A DNA stretch of 60,897 nucleotides, filler included, from Dehalococcoidia bacterium (GCA_040882355.1; 4 parts of 4 records of this genome joined end to end with filler, not necessarily neighbours in it); one strand, 5' to 3'; positions 19,341-30,088 are shown, numbered from the whole stretch's first letter. Made by a program: numbers and translations. Notes: generated from the letters alone by a model not told the origin.

Positions 19341-19440
19341 NNNNNNNNNNNNNNNNNNNNNNNNNNNNNNNNNNNNNNNNNNNNTTAATTAATTAANNNN
19401 NNNNNNNNNNNNNNNNNNNNNNNNNNNNNNNNNNNNNNNN
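19341..19440. other. Artificial scaffold-joining spacer
   Basis: N run, TTAATTAATTAA (stops in all six frames), N run. Confidence 0.95.
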
Positions 19441-19472
19441 CGTCCGGACCCTTCCGTACGTCTCGCTCGTTG

Positions 19473-22400
19473 CTACTGCGCTGAGAGTTCAGTCAACACC
19501 TGTTCGATACCCCTCTCGATGACGGGTACAGGGCGCAGCGTCTGAGCCTCTCGCGCGTCGCTTTCGGCGCCCTCCGTATCCCCCAACGCGGCGCGCGCGA
19601 GCGCCCGGTGGTAGAGCATCTCGCTCCGGCTGGCGCGGTTGTAGGGTTCCACCAACTCCAGCGCGCGGCTCGCGTCCGCCAGCGCTCCCTGGTGGTCGCC
19701 CGCGACGTACCGGGCGTATGACCGGCTGTCATAGGCGGACGCCCACTCGGGCGCGAGCGCCACCGCGCGGTCGAGCTCCGAGATCGCGCCCTCAGCGTCG
19801 CCGTCAAGCGCAAGCGTGTAGCCCCGCAAGTTGCGCACCAACGCCTCGTCCCCGCCGGCCCGCTCCAGCTCGTCGACGGCGGCGAGCGCATCCTCGTACT
19901 GGCCGGTGTAGATCGCGACGGCCGCCCGGTAGGTGTAGCTGTTGCTGTTGGGGGCCAGCTCGGTGGCGCGCTCCGCGTCCTCGCGAGCCTGCTCACGATC
20001 GTCCAGGTAGAGCCAGGCCATCGCGCGCTGGCTGTAAGCGTCGGCGTAATCCGGACTCACCTGCACGGCCTGGTTGAGAGCGGTAAGCGCGTCCTCATAG
20101 GCGCCCAACGCCGCCAGCACCGTCGCGCGATTCGTGAAGGTGCCAATGTCCCGCGGCGCCAGGCTAGCGAACCGGTCGTACGCCGCCAGGGCGTCGTCAT
20201 AACGCCCGCTCCGGTAGTAGAGCTCGCCGAGGACATCGAAGGTCGAAGCATGGAGGTTGTTTAGCTCTAGCGATCGCTCGCAGTCGGCCGTCGCCTGATC
20301 GAGCAGCTCGGCCGCGCGAAAGGCGACGCAGCGCACGAAGTATGCGTCCCACGCTTGCGTCGACTCGGGCAAGGGCTCTGAAAGCCGCTCGAAGTCCGTT
20401 GCCGCCAGGTCCAGGCGGCCCTGGTCTTGATAGACGAGCGCTCGCAGCGCGTAGCCGGCCGGGTGCTCCGGCTTGAGCGCGATCAGGCGTTCGGCGTCCT
20501 CCAGGGCGCCTTCCAGGTCGCCCTGGTTGTGGCGGATGAACCCGCGTCCCAGGTAGGGCGGCGCGAACGACGGGTCAGCCTCGATGGCCCGGTCGAAGGC
20601 CTGCTTGGCGCGCTCGAGCTGCGCCGGGTCGGCCGGCAACAGCTCGCCGTTCTCGATGACGGCCGGTGCCTGGAACCAGAGCCGCTCGCCCTTCAGATAG
20701 TGGGCGGTCGCGAGATCGGGAAACAGCGTCGCCATGCGATCGTAGACCGCGATCTCGCCCGGTCCAAAGAGACCGTTTGCGAGCGTCACCACGCCCTGTC
20801 GCAACGTGAACGCGAGCACCACGCCGAACATGAGCGACGTCACCAGCGGCAGCTCCAGGCCGAGCGTCCCCGCGCCTGCTCCCTCGCCTCGACGCGCGCG
20901 AATGAAGACGAAGGCAGCGGCTGCGCCCACCAGCGCAAAGGCGACCGCGGCCGTCGCGAACAGGGCAGTGTCCGGGTCGGGCTGGCGGTCGGTGCCAGGC
21001 AGCCCGTCGAGCACGTAGAGCAAGAGCAGCACCAGGCTGAGCAGGCAGGCGATGGCCATGCTTCTCGCCAGTGCGAGGACGATGGTGGTCTGGCCGCCCT
21101 CCTCAGGAGCCGGTCGCGCCGTGAGGTCCCGGCGCAGCCGCCCCGCCTCCAGGCGCAACCAGGCCACCCAGGCCGCGGCAGGCGCCAGGGTGCCCAGCAG
21201 CAGCGTGGCGATCAGCCTGACATCGCCTCCCAGCAGGGCGAAGTCGGCGGCGCCCACGAAGTGCTCCAGCGTCTCGTTGAGCAGTTCCAGCCGCAGACCC
21301 AGGCTGAGCACGGCCAGCGCCAGGGCCACAGCGCCCAGCGACGACAGCCAGGCGATGAGCACGAAGAACGCGTAGTCGCGCCACGTGAGCCTGCCCCGGA
21401 GGAGCGCCGGCACCACGACCTGATTGAGACCCAGGCCGGTGAGCAGGATGGGCAGGGCACCGATCACCACAGCGAGCGTCATCACAGAAGGGCTGAAGCT
21501 CATGATGCCCAGCGGTAGCCCCAGCGTCACCTGGCTCGGTGGCGGCTGCTGGCTCGCGAAGAGCGCGAGCACCGGCACGCAGAAGGCGATGGCGATGACG
21601 AGCTGCAGCGCCCACGCCGCGAAGCGCATCGAGCGGGGCAGGCGCTCCGACCCGGCGTACAGGCTCCAGACCGAGGTCATGCCGAGCAGCCGCCCCGCCG
21701 CGTCGCGGAAGTGGCGCGCCTCGCGCTCGGCGTGCACTTGCTCCGCGCGCTCGCTCGCTCGCAGGTAGTACTGCGCCGCGCGCGGCTGGTCGCCGGCCTG
21801 CTCGTAGTGGTAGGCGAGCACCTCGGCGAATCGGTCCAGGCGGTTCGGATAGAGCCGTTCCAGCGTCTGCGCCGCCTGCAGGTGCAGCGCCGTCCGCTCG
21901 CGCTGCAGCAGCGTGTCGTAGGCCACCTCGCGGATCAACGCGTGGCGGAAGGCGAAGACGCGGCCATCCGCGCTCGACTCCGAAGGCTGGAGGACGCCGG
22001 CGCTCACGAGCCGCCCGAGCGGCTCGTCGATCCGGTCGGGCGTGCCCGCCAGGCCCTGGAGGACGGCCGCGGGGAACGCTCGCCCCAGCACCGAAGCCTG
22101 ACGCGCCAGCCGGCGCAGGCCGTCATCGAGCTGGTCGAGGCGGGCGAGGATCACGGCCCGGAGCGTGTCCGGCACGTCGAGCTCCTCGGGCGTCGTCTCG
22201 CAGAACCACTGGTCGTCGCGGTAGACCAGCACGCCCTGATCGACCAGGCCGCGCACGACCTCCTCCAGGAAGAACGGGTTGCCTTCCGCTTGCCGGACCA
22301 CGGCCTGCCGGAGGTGCGCAGGCACGTGCGGGCTGCCCAGCAGCAGGTCGGTGAGGCGTTCGGTATCTTCCTCCGGCAGAGGCTGCAGGTCGATCACGGC

Positions 22401-23546
22401 GTGGCGACGGTCCTTCACCAGCACCCGTTCTCGCCAGGGCCGGTAGGCCAGGATCAGCAGGACCGGCGCGTCGTGCAGGCGCACCGGGAGCGCTTCGACG
22501 AGATCGAGCGTCGCGGAGTCCGCCCAGTGCAGGTCCTCCAGCACGACGACGAATGGGCCGTTCGCTGCCTCCGCCGCCAGACATGCGGCGACTGCACGGT
22601 AGAGCGACTCCTTGTCCTTCGGCGCGAGCGCTTGCTCCGACGCGAGCACTTCGAGGAGATCGCCGGGCAGCGCGTCGTGGGCGCCATCGCGAGATCGTGC
22701 GAGCGCCGACAGCGCCGCGATCACCGGCCCGTAGGGCTGATTGCCGACGGGCGGCGTCACGCCCCGCGCGAACCGGATCGCCTGCCCGCCGGCGGCGAGC
22801 GACAGCTCGAACTCCGCAATGAGACGGGACTTGCCCAGGCCCGCCTCGCCTACGATGCTCACGGCCTGGACCCCTGATGGGACAGCATCCCACGCGCTAC
22901 GGAGGCGCGCCATCTCCTGCTGTCGGCCCAGGAATGGCGTCGGCAGCGCTGAGAGGCCGCGCGGCGCAGCGGCTCCCGGTACGTCCTCCAGCGCCTCGTA
23001 CGCGGAGACCGGCTCGTCGCGGCCCTTCACCTGGAGCGTCTGGGGACCGCGCCAGCGGAACGCCCACGCCGCCTGGCGATACGTCGGCTCGCCAACCAGG
23101 ATGGTGCCCACGGGCGCCGCGGTTTCCAGCCGCGACGCGACGTTCACCGCGTCGCCCAGCACGGTGTACTGCTGGGTGCCGTCCGCGCCGATGTCTCCCG
23201 CGACGACGATGCCGGAGTTGATGCCGATCCGGATGTTGAGGCGGCGCCCCACCTCCAGCTCCCAGCGCGTCGCCATCTCGTCCATCGACCGGAGCATGGC
23301 GAGAGCGGTGCGGACGGCACGCACCGGGTCGTCCTCGTGCGCTGTGGGAGCGCCGAACAGCGCCATGATCTCGTCGCCTATGTACTTGTCGATGTGGCCG
23401 CCGTGTTCGCCCACCAGCTCCGCAAGCTGACTCAGGCAGGCGTTCATGATCTCGGCCACCTGTTCAGGGTCGCGCTGCTCGGAGAGCGCGGTGAAGCCCT
23501 GGACGTCCGCGAACAGGATCGTGACGGGGCGGCGCTCCTGGCTCAT
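19473..23546 (-). CDS. Class III adenylate/guanylate cyclase - STAND (AAA) ATPase - multi-TM - TPR fusion protein
   Basis: FADVQGFT, KYIGD, GDAVNVASRL; Walker A GEAGLGKS, Walker B VVLEDLHWAD; about 7 hydrophobic helices; many C-terminal TPRs. Confidence 0.88.
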   Translation of the reverse strand: MSQERRPVTILFADVQGFTALSEQRDPEQVAEIMNACLSQLAELVGEHGGHIDKYIGDEIMALFGAPTAHEDDPVRAVRTALAMLRSMDEMATRWELEVGRRLNIRIGINSGIVVAGDIGADGTQQYTVLGDAVNVASRLETAAPVGTILVGEPTYRQAAWAFRWRGPQTLQVKGRDEPVSAYEALEDVPGAAAPRGLSALPTPFLGRQQEMARLRSAWDAVPSGVQAVSIVGEAGLGKSRLIAEFELSLAAGGQAIRFARGVTPPVGNQPYGPVIAALSALARSRDGAHDALPGDLLEVLASEQALAPKDKESLYRAVAACLAAEAANGPFVVVLEDLHWADSATLDLVEALPVRLHDAPVLLILAYRPWRERVLVKDRRHAVIDLQPLPEEDTERLTDLLLGSPHVPAHLRQAVVRQAEGNPFFLEEVVRGLVDQGVLVYRDDQWFCETTPEELDVPDTLRAVILARLDQLDDGLRRLARQASVLGRAFPAAVLQGLAGTPDRIDEPLGRLVSAGVLQPSESSADGRVFAFRHALIREVAYDTLLQRERTALHLQAAQTLERLYPNRLDRFAEVLAYHYEQAGDQPRAAQYYLRASERAEQVHAEREARHFRDAAGRLLGMTSVWSLYAGSERLPRSMRFAAWALQLVIAIAFCVPVLALFASQQPPPSQVTLGLPLGIMSFSPSVMTLAVVIGALPILLTGLGLNQVVVPALLRGRLTWRDYAFFVLIAWLSSLGAVALALAVLSLGLRLELLNETLEHFVGAADFALLGGDVRLIATLLLGTLAPAAAWVAWLRLEAGRLRRDLTARPAPEEGGQTTIVLALARSMAIACLLSLVLLLLYVLDGLPGTDRQPDPDTALFATAAVAFALVGAAAAFVFIRARRGEGAGAGTLGLELPLVTSLMFGVVLAFTLRQGVVTLANGLFGPGEIAVYDRMATLFPDLATAHYLKGERLWFQAPAVIENGELLPADPAQLERAKQAFDRAIEADPSFAPPYLGRGFIRHNQGDLEGALEDAERLIALKPEHPAGYALRALVYQDQGRLDLAATDFERLSEPLPESTQAWDAYFVRCVAFRAAELLDQATADCERSLELNNLHASTFDVLGELYYRSGRYDDALAAYDRFASLAPRDIGTFTNRATVLAALGAYEDALTALNQAVQVSPDYADAYSQRAMAWLYLDDREQAREDAERATELAPNSNSYTYRAAVAIYTGQYEDALAAVDELERAGGDEALVRNLRGYTLALDGDAEGAISELDRAVALAPEWASAYDSRSYARYVAGDHQGALADASRALELVEPYNRASRSEMLYHRALARAALGDTEGAESDAREAQTLRPVPVIERGIEQVLTELSAQ

Positions 23547-23650
23547 GGTGTGGAGGCTTCAGCCTTTCGCCGGTTGCGTTGTGCGCAGCAGTATAGCCTG
23601 CGGTCAGGTGACGGCATACGCGACATTGATCTGTGGTGGTCGGGCTGGAA

Positions 23651-25351
23651 TCAGCCGATGCAGCTATCGCCGAACTGCGCGACGGCGGTCGCGAGATCGC
23701 CCGCGCTGATCGAGCCGTCGGGCGGCAGCAGCCACCAGAGAGGCTGACCCGCCATCACGCCGCCGCGATCGAAGGACGGATGGTAGTTCGGGCGAGCGCC
23801 CGCGGGCTGCATGGCCGGGTTGGGTGTGGAGAGCGGGTCACTCGCGCGATCGAAGGCGCCCGGGCCGGTATCGGAGCTGCCGAAACGCGCAGCGATCGCG
23901 GCGACGTCGGCCGCGGTCACGGCCCGGTCGCGCTCCAGGGGCGCGCCGGACGGCACGTCGAAGAAGTCCCAGAAGCTGAGGGGATCGCGCTGGCCGCCCT
24001 GCGCGGGATCGTCTCCTTCTTCCTGCCAGTCGAAGCAGCCATCGCCGTCGCTGTCGTCCGGCGACGGGGGCGTCGTGGACGTCGGCGCGGGCGTGTTCGC
24101 CGCCGCAGTCGGCGTCGCGATTGCTGTCGGCGTGCGAGTGGCGGTTGGCGTTGGCGAGCGGGTTGCGGTCGCGCTCGGCGTGACGGTTGGCGTCGGGGTG
24201 CAGACGGATGGCGGGCAGGGCGTGGGCGCGACCAGCAGGACTGTCGTCTGCGCCGATGCGACGTTGTTCGCGACCTCTACGGTCTCCTGGATGTGGCTAA
24301 TCGGCAGGTCCACCCAGACCTCGTTCTTGGCGATGATGTCCGTGGTCGTGGTGATCCGGCCCGTGATCGTGATCACCGCGCTCTGACCGCCGTGGATGTT
24401 CTCGAACTTGCAGACCAAAGGGCTGCCGGGCGTGCTCAGGATGAGGCAGGTGCCGCCGAGGGTGGCGGAGAACCCGGTGTACGTGAAGTCCGCCGGCGGC
24501 TGGTCGCGCACTTCGATCGGATCGTGCTGCGGGTCGGTCGAGATTCCGAGCGTCTGCCCGCCGACGTTGGTGACGGTGATCGTGTAGGTGAGCGTTTGGC
24601 CGGTGACGACGGGGTCAGGCGAATCGCTCTTGGTGACGGCGAGATCGCCGGGCCCGGGCGGCGTCGGCGTCGCGGGTGGCGTGTTCGTTGGGCCGCGAGT
24701 CGGCGTCGGGATGGTGGGCGTAGCAGTGGTTGTCGGTGTAAGCGTCGGGCAGCCTCCGCCTGCGCATGGCGTCGCAGTTGGCTTCGCGCCGCAGAGCACG
24801 TTTGCGTTCGCGAGCGCCGGCGCGAAGGCCTGCGCGCCGAAGTCGACGAAGTGCGTGCCGAGCTGGCTGTCGCCGGCGAGCGGCACGAGCGTCAGTGAGG
24901 CGTGACCGTTCTGCATGCACGTGAAGTCGAATTGCAGGAGCGCTCCCGTGCTCATGTCGCCCTCTTCAGGCCAGGGTATGGGCACGCAGCCAAGCAGCAC
25001 CGAGGGATCGGCCGGCTGGTTGATGAAGCGCGCCGCAAAGGAGCACTGGGACCAGAGCGCCTCCTGAGCGGCCGCAGCCATCGGCTCGTAGTCGAGCTGC
25101 GCGTCCGCCCAGCGCACCTTCGCCTGGAAGCCGAAATAGCCATCGGCTGGCGCTTTCGTCGCGACGACGTTGATGCGAAACGTCGTTCCCAGCGAGTACG
25201 CGCAGTCGCTCTGGACGCCCGCGGCCGTCGCGTTGCAGTCGATAGCCAGCGCGCCGTTACCGCCCTGCGAGGCGGACGTGGCGCGGTAGCCCCATGCCGC
25301 GAGGGCAAGCGCGGTGAGCGCGAGGCCGAGAACGATGTGCTGCCAGCGCAT
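23651..25351 (-). CDS. Secreted surface protein: cohesin-like domain, PT linkers, DUF11 domain, dockerin-like ('flexitail'-type) tail
   Basis: Signal peptide; DLAVTKSDSPDPV..G.TLTYTITVTNVG (DUF11); DSDGDGC..GGQRDP..WDFFDVP..RFG..QFGDSC. Confidence 0.82.
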   Translation of the reverse strand: MRWQHIVLGLALTALALAAWGYRATSASQGGNGALAIDCNATAAGVQSDCAYSLGTTFRINVVATKAPADGYFGFQAKVRWADAQLDYEPMAAAAQEALWSQCSFAARFINQPADPSVLLGCVPIPWPEEGDMSTGALLQFDFTCMQNGHASLTLVPLAGDSQLGTHFVDFGAQAFAPALANANVLCGAKPTATPCAGGGCPTLTPTTTATPTIPTPTRGPTNTPPATPTPPGPGDLAVTKSDSPDPVVTGQTLTYTITVTNVGGQTLGISTDPQHDPIEVRDQPPADFTYTGFSATLGGTCLILSTPGSPLVCKFENIHGGQSAVITITGRITTTTDIIAKNEVWVDLPISHIQETVEVANNVASAQTTVLLVAPTPCPPSVCTPTPTVTPSATATRSPTPTATRTPTAIATPTAAANTPAPTSTTPPSPDDSDGDGCFDWQEEGDDPAQGGQRDPLSFWDFFDVPSGAPLERDRAVTAADVAAIAARFGSSDTGPGAFDRASDPLSTPNPAMQPAGARPNYHPSFDRGGVMAGQPLWWLLPPDGSISAGDLATAVAQFGDSCIG

Positions 25352-25447
25352 AGGATTGAGTCCGCATGCCGACGTTCGGGCGGGTCGTCACCAGCGGACA
25401 TAAGTATAACGCAGCCCGGCAGCGATTCATGGCGGCCGAACGGCCTC

Positions 25448-26134
25448 TCAGGGCAAGATCGAGTCTGAAACGGGTTGACGCAGCGTCGCCAGCGCCGATT
25501 CGTAGAGGCCGGCCCTGATGGCGGCCATCGTCGGGCGGTGCTTGGCCGCGAGGCCCCTCGCGACCTCAATCGCCCGAGGCAGTACGTCCGCCTCGGGCAC
25601 GGCCTCGGTGACGATGCCGAGCGCCGCGGCGTCCGTGCCGCCGTAGCGCCTCCCGGTCACCAGCATCTCGTGGAGGACGGCGGGCGAGAGCTTCGCCTGG
25701 AGCACCGCGTACATGCCCGGCGTGAGCGGCTGCCCGGTGGCGAGGTCGACCTCCGGCAGGCAGACGAAGCCGCGGTCCTCGCGCATGACGCGGAAGTCGT
25801 GCGCCAGCGCGAGCATCGCGCCGGCGGCGAAGGCGTGGCCGTTGATCGCGGCGACGGTAGCGACGGGCGACGCGAGCAGCCGCGCGAACAGCGCGTGCAC
25901 GTCTTCGAGGAACGGCGCGAACGTCTCGCGGCCTGCCGTTGCGAGCCACGCCAGGTCGAGGCCGTTCGAGTAGAAGCGCTCTTCGCCCGTGGTCACGAGC
26001 GCCGCCTCGCCCTCCGACGCCTCGACCACGTCGAGCGCGCGGTTGAAGTCGTCGACGAACTGGCGGTTGAGGCGGTTCTCGCCGCCCTTCATGCGCAGGA
26101 CGAAGACCGCGCCGTCGCGTTGCAGGTCGAACAT
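25448..26134 (-). CDS. Enoyl-CoA hydratase/isomerase family protein
   Basis: FYSNGLDL, AAINGHAFAAG, LPEVDL; ATG after aaggag. Confidence 0.9.
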   Translation of the reverse strand: MFDLQRDGAVFVLRMKGGENRLNRQFVDDFNRALDVVEASEGEAALVTTGEERFYSNGLDLAWLATAGRETFAPFLEDVHALFARLLASPVATVAAINGHAFAAGAMLALAHDFRVMREDRGFVCLPEVDLATGQPLTPGMYAVLQAKLSPAVLHEMLVTGRRYGGTDAAALGIVTEAVPEADVLPRAIEVARGLAAKHRPTMAAIRAGLYESALATLRQPVSDSILP

Positions 26135-26142
26135 GGCGCTCC

Positions 26143-27147
26143 TTATGCCCGGCCCAGCAGTGTCATGCCGGGACGGCACGCCTCGGCGAGTCGCTCCTGC
26201 TCGTCCGCGGTCAGCGTGTCGAAGCGCGTGGGCGGGACGCCGCGCACCAGCGCCGCCGCCCGGTCGACCCAGCCGCCGTTTGACTCGAGCTCGAAGAACT
26301 CGCCGATCGTTCGCATCGTCTCCTGCGGTTTCGACACCAGGTCCTCGAAGCGCACCTCCGCGTACTGGGCGGCGTCGAGCTGCGTGAGCGCCCGGAACCC
26401 GTGGAGCAGCTCCTGCGTCCAGTAGCGTCCGAAGTACTCGACGGGCGGCCGCGACGCGAGCATCCGCGAGATCGGGTCGTCTTCGACGGGCGCACTCGCC
26501 GTGTCGATGCCGCGCAGGTCGGCGATGGCGGGCGTCTCGTCCGCCGGGAGCTGGTACAGCAGCGAGATCGCGAGGCGGTAGGCCGCGTGCTCGCGCATCG
26601 AGAGCGCCGCCTCGTGGCCGTCGCGGTGGATGTGGAGGAAGCGCGCCTGCGGGAAGAACTCGCGCAGCGACGCGAGGTAGTCGATCGACGAGCCGGAGCG
26701 CTCGATCCAGCACGTCTTGCCGAGGCGACCCGCCAACCACTCGAAGAGCGCCCGGTAGTGCAGCGTCAGGTGCTGTCGCGGCAGCGTCCTCGCGAAGGCG
26801 AGCGTCTCGTCGAAGAGCGCGTCGGGGTCGTCGGTGAGGCGGGGCAGCGCCGAGACGAGCGCCCAGGGGAGGGCGTCGTCGCGGCGGTAGCGGGCGGTGG
26901 GGCTGTCGAAGGGGTAGGTGATCTCCTCCACCGTGTGCCCGCGCCGGACCACCATCGTCACGAACGGGTGCTCCTGCGAGATGAGCTCGGCGAGCGCCTC
27001 GCCGCCGACCGGCTCGTGGCTGAAGCGCTTCGTCATGTCGAGGCCCGTGAAGAACTCGAAGACGCTGAGTACGGCCGGGTGCTGCCCGATCATGCGCGAG
27101 AGCAGCGTCGAGCCGCAGCGCCCGGTGCCGACGATGAAGCGGTCCAC
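26143..27147 (-). CDS. Sulfotransferase family protein
   Basis: GTGRCGSTLL PAPS-binding loop, HIHRDG...ALS, RFEDL. Confidence 0.88.
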   Translation of the reverse strand: MDRFIVGTGRCGSTLLSRMIGQHPAVLSVFEFFTGLDMTKRFSHEPVGGEALAELISQEHPFVTMVVRRGHTVEEITYPFDSPTARYRRDDALPWALVSALPRLTDDPDALFDETLAFARTLPRQHLTLHYRALFEWLAGRLGKTCWIERSGSSIDYLASLREFFPQARFLHIHRDGHEAALSMREHAAYRLAISLLYQLPADETPAIADLRGIDTASAPVEDDPISRMLASRPPVEYFGRYWTQELLHGFRALTQLDAAQYAEVRFEDLVSKPQETMRTIGEFFELESNGGWVDRAAALVRGVPPTRFDTLTADEQERLAEACRPGMTLLGRA

Positions 27148-27230
27148 GGCTGATTCTAGCGTGCAGCGCGGCGGTGGCGCCCGCCCGCGACGCTCGAACC
27201 CCGGCACCTCAACGCGGCGCGTTCGCTTCG

Positions 27231-29505
27231 CTATAGCTTCGTCTGGCCGAAGCGCAACACCACCGCCGCGATGTCGCCGACCGTGACCGCTCCATCCGAC
27301 GGTCCGCCGGCGCCCGCCACATCCCAGGGGAAGGGACGGAACACCTTCAGGTCGCCGTTGGTGCTGGTGTTGTCATGGTAGCTCACCACCGGCCTCCCCG
27401 CCCCATCCAGCGCCAGCGACGCGTCCGAGCCGACGTCCCCTGCCGTGTCTAGCGACGTGACGCTCTCGCCACCGCCCGCGCAGTTCGCGTCGTTGCAGTG
27501 CAGCAGCTTCAGGTCGCCGTGATTGAAATCCCAGTAGCTCACCACCGGCCAGCCCTCCCCGTCCAGCGCCAGCGAGGTGTAATAGCCGACATCGCCCGCC
27601 GTGTCCGGCGACTGGATGTTCTCGCCCCCGCCTGCGCAGTTCGCGTCGTTGCAGTGCAGCACCTTTAGGTTGCTGTTGGTGTTGTCGGTATAGCTCACCA
27701 CCGGGTTGCCCGCCCCGTCCAGCGCCAGCGAGGTGAAATAGCCGACATCGCCCGCCGTGTCCGGCGACTGGATGCTCTCGACACCGCCCGCGCAGTTCGC
27801 GTCGTTGCAGTGCATGACCTTCAGGTCGTCGTTAGTGTCGTCGTAGTAGCTCACCACCGGGTTGCCCGCCGCGTCCAGCTCCAGCGCGGTGAACTCGCCG
27901 ACAGACCCCGCCGTGTCCGGCGACTGGATGCTCTCGCCCCCGCCTGCGCAGTTCGCGTCGTTGCAGTGCAGCAGCTTCAGGTCGCCGTTGGTGACGTCCC
28001 GGTAGCTCACCACCGGCCTGCCTGCCACATCCAGCGCCAGCGACGGGTGCCCGCCGACACTGCCCGCCGTGTCCGGCGACTGGATGCTCTCGCCCCCGCC
28101 CGCGCAGTTCGCGTCGTTGCAGTGCAGCAGCTTCAGGTCGCCGTTGGTGCTGTCGTGGTAGCTCACCACCGGCCTGCCCGCCCCGTCCAGCGCCAGCGAG
28201 GTGAAATAGCCGACAGACCCCGCCGTGTCCGGCGACTGGATGCTCTCGCCCCCGCCTGCGCAGTTCGCGTCGTTGCAGTGCATGACCTTCAGGTCGCCGT
28301 TAGTGTCGTCGAAATAGCTCACCACCGGGTTGCCCGCCCCGTCCAGCGCCAGCGAGGTGTACGAGCCGACGTCCCCTGCCGTGTCCGGCGAGGTGATGCC
28401 GCTGCTGGTCTGGCCGAAGCGCAACACCACCGCCGCGATGTCGCCGACCGTCACCGCCCCATCGGGCTGCCCGCCGGCGCCTGCCACGTCCCAGGGGAAG
28501 GGACGGAACACTTTCAGGTCGTCGTTAGCATCGTCGTAGTAGCTCACCACCGGCCGGCCCGCCGCGTCCAGCGCTAGCGAGGTGAACGAGCCAACATCGC
28601 CCGCCGTGTCCGGCGCGCTGACGCTCTCTCCACCACCCGCGCAGTTCGCGTCGTTGCAGTGCAGCAGCTTCAGGTCGCCGTTGGTGCCGTCGTAGTAGCT
28701 CACCACCGGGTTGCCCGCTCCGTCCAGCGCCAGCGAGGTGGACTCGCCGACAGTGCCCGCCACGTCCGGCGACGTGACGCTCTCGCCCCCGCCCGCGCAG
28801 TTCGCGTCGTTGCAGTGCACCACTTTCAAGTCGTCGTTGGTATTGTCGTAGTAGCTCACCACCGGGTTGCCCGCTCCGTCCAGCGCCAGCGAGGTGTCCT
28901 CGCCGACATTCCCCGCCGCGTCCGGCGACGTGACGCTCTCGCCCCCGCCCGCGCAGTTCGCGTCGTTGCAGTGCNNNNNNNNNNNNNNNNNNNNNNNNNN
29001 NNNNNNNNNNNNNNNNNNNNNNNNNNNNNNNNNNNNNNNNNNNNNNNNNNNNNNNNNNNNNNNNNNNNNNNNNNTCCGGCGACGTGACGCTCTCGCCCCC
29101 GCCCGCGCAGTTCGCGTCGTTGCAGTGCATGACCTTCAGGTCGCCGTTGAAGCCGTCGTAGTAGCTCACCACCGGGTTGCCCGCCGCGTCCAGCGCCAGC
29201 GAGGTGAAATAGCCGACATCCCCCGCCGTGTCCGGCGACATGACGCTCTCGCCCCCGCCCGCGCAGTTCGCGTCGTTGCAGTGCATGACCTTTAGGTCGC
29301 CGTTGGTATTGTCGTAGTAGCTGACCACCGGCCGGCTCGCCGCGTCCAGCGCCAGCGAGGTGTACTCGCCGACATCCCCCGCCGTGTCCGGCGACTGGGT
29401 GCTGGAGCCGGTGGCGGCTGCCGGGCGGGCCCCGGCGGCCAGCAGCCCCGCCAGCAACGCCAGCGCGCCCGCCGCCGCCCACCTCCAGAGAAGCCCTGTG
29501 CTCAC
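27231..29505 (-). CDS. Secreted 52-aa-repeat (beta-propeller-like) protein with two half-dockerin motifs; spans an N gap
   Basis: Signal peptide; at least 13 copies of [41 protein letters not shown]; frame break coincides with the 100-N gap at 28975-29074. Confidence 0.8.
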
Positions 29506-30088
29506 GACTTCGATGCCAGCATGAGACCCACGATAACGAAAGGGCCGTGGCGCAATCAAGCCAGAACGCGCCGTGCCACTCGCCCCTTCGCGCTCGCCGG
29601 CCGCGGCCTTACCCTGGCCTTCAATAACCCGGATCGGCGTGCCCGGTTGCACGCGCCCTGCGCCAGACTCAAGTCGAGAGGAGATCAGCACTGTCCCGGT
29701 CAGAGAACTACGATTTTGCCGAGCCAACTGCCAGCTTCCAGCCAGCCCGCCCCGTCCTGTCGCAGACTGGCCGGAGCGAGAGCGCCGTCCTGCGCTGCTG
29801 GGTGGCTCGTCGAGGGGCTGCCGGGATCAATCAAACGCCCCGTTTAGATTCGCCGTCGGCGCCGCCCGGGCGCGGCCAGCTTCGAAGGTCGTCCGCTGAA
29901 AAGAGCGTTTTGCCAAACGGACTGGTCAATCAAATGCCGGACGTACCCCAGACGAATCAACCCAATGCCGCCGACTTCAGTCGGCGGTGTACGATAACCG
30001 CCGCCCGCCCGAGCCTCGATGACGTTACCAGCGACCAGCAACCAGCAGTCGGCCCGTGATACGATGGACGCCCGAAGGAGGACCGACC

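Noticed and set aside
19341..19440. TTAATTAATTAA inside N runs (also 38638-38737 and 57264-57363) as a biological repeat or att site
   Set aside because: Identical 100-nt six-frame-stop linkers that cut genes on both sides; they are concatenation artefacts, so synteny across them is meaningless
28975..29074. Apparent frameshifts in the propeller gene and in 57365-59477 (gap 58347-58446)
   Set aside because: Frame changes coincide with arbitrary 100-N gaps, so they are not pseudogene evidence
27231..29400. 156-bp repeats as a CRISPR array or DGR template/variable repeats
   Set aside because: They are in-frame protein repeats; no reverse transcriptase is present and I saw no adenine-specific variation
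29700..29920. Minus-strand GGCAAA motifs upstream of the propeller gene as a c-di-GMP-I riboswitch
   Set aside because: The GNRA-capped first stem and following GCAAAG/second stem could not be found; an Rfam scan would settle it
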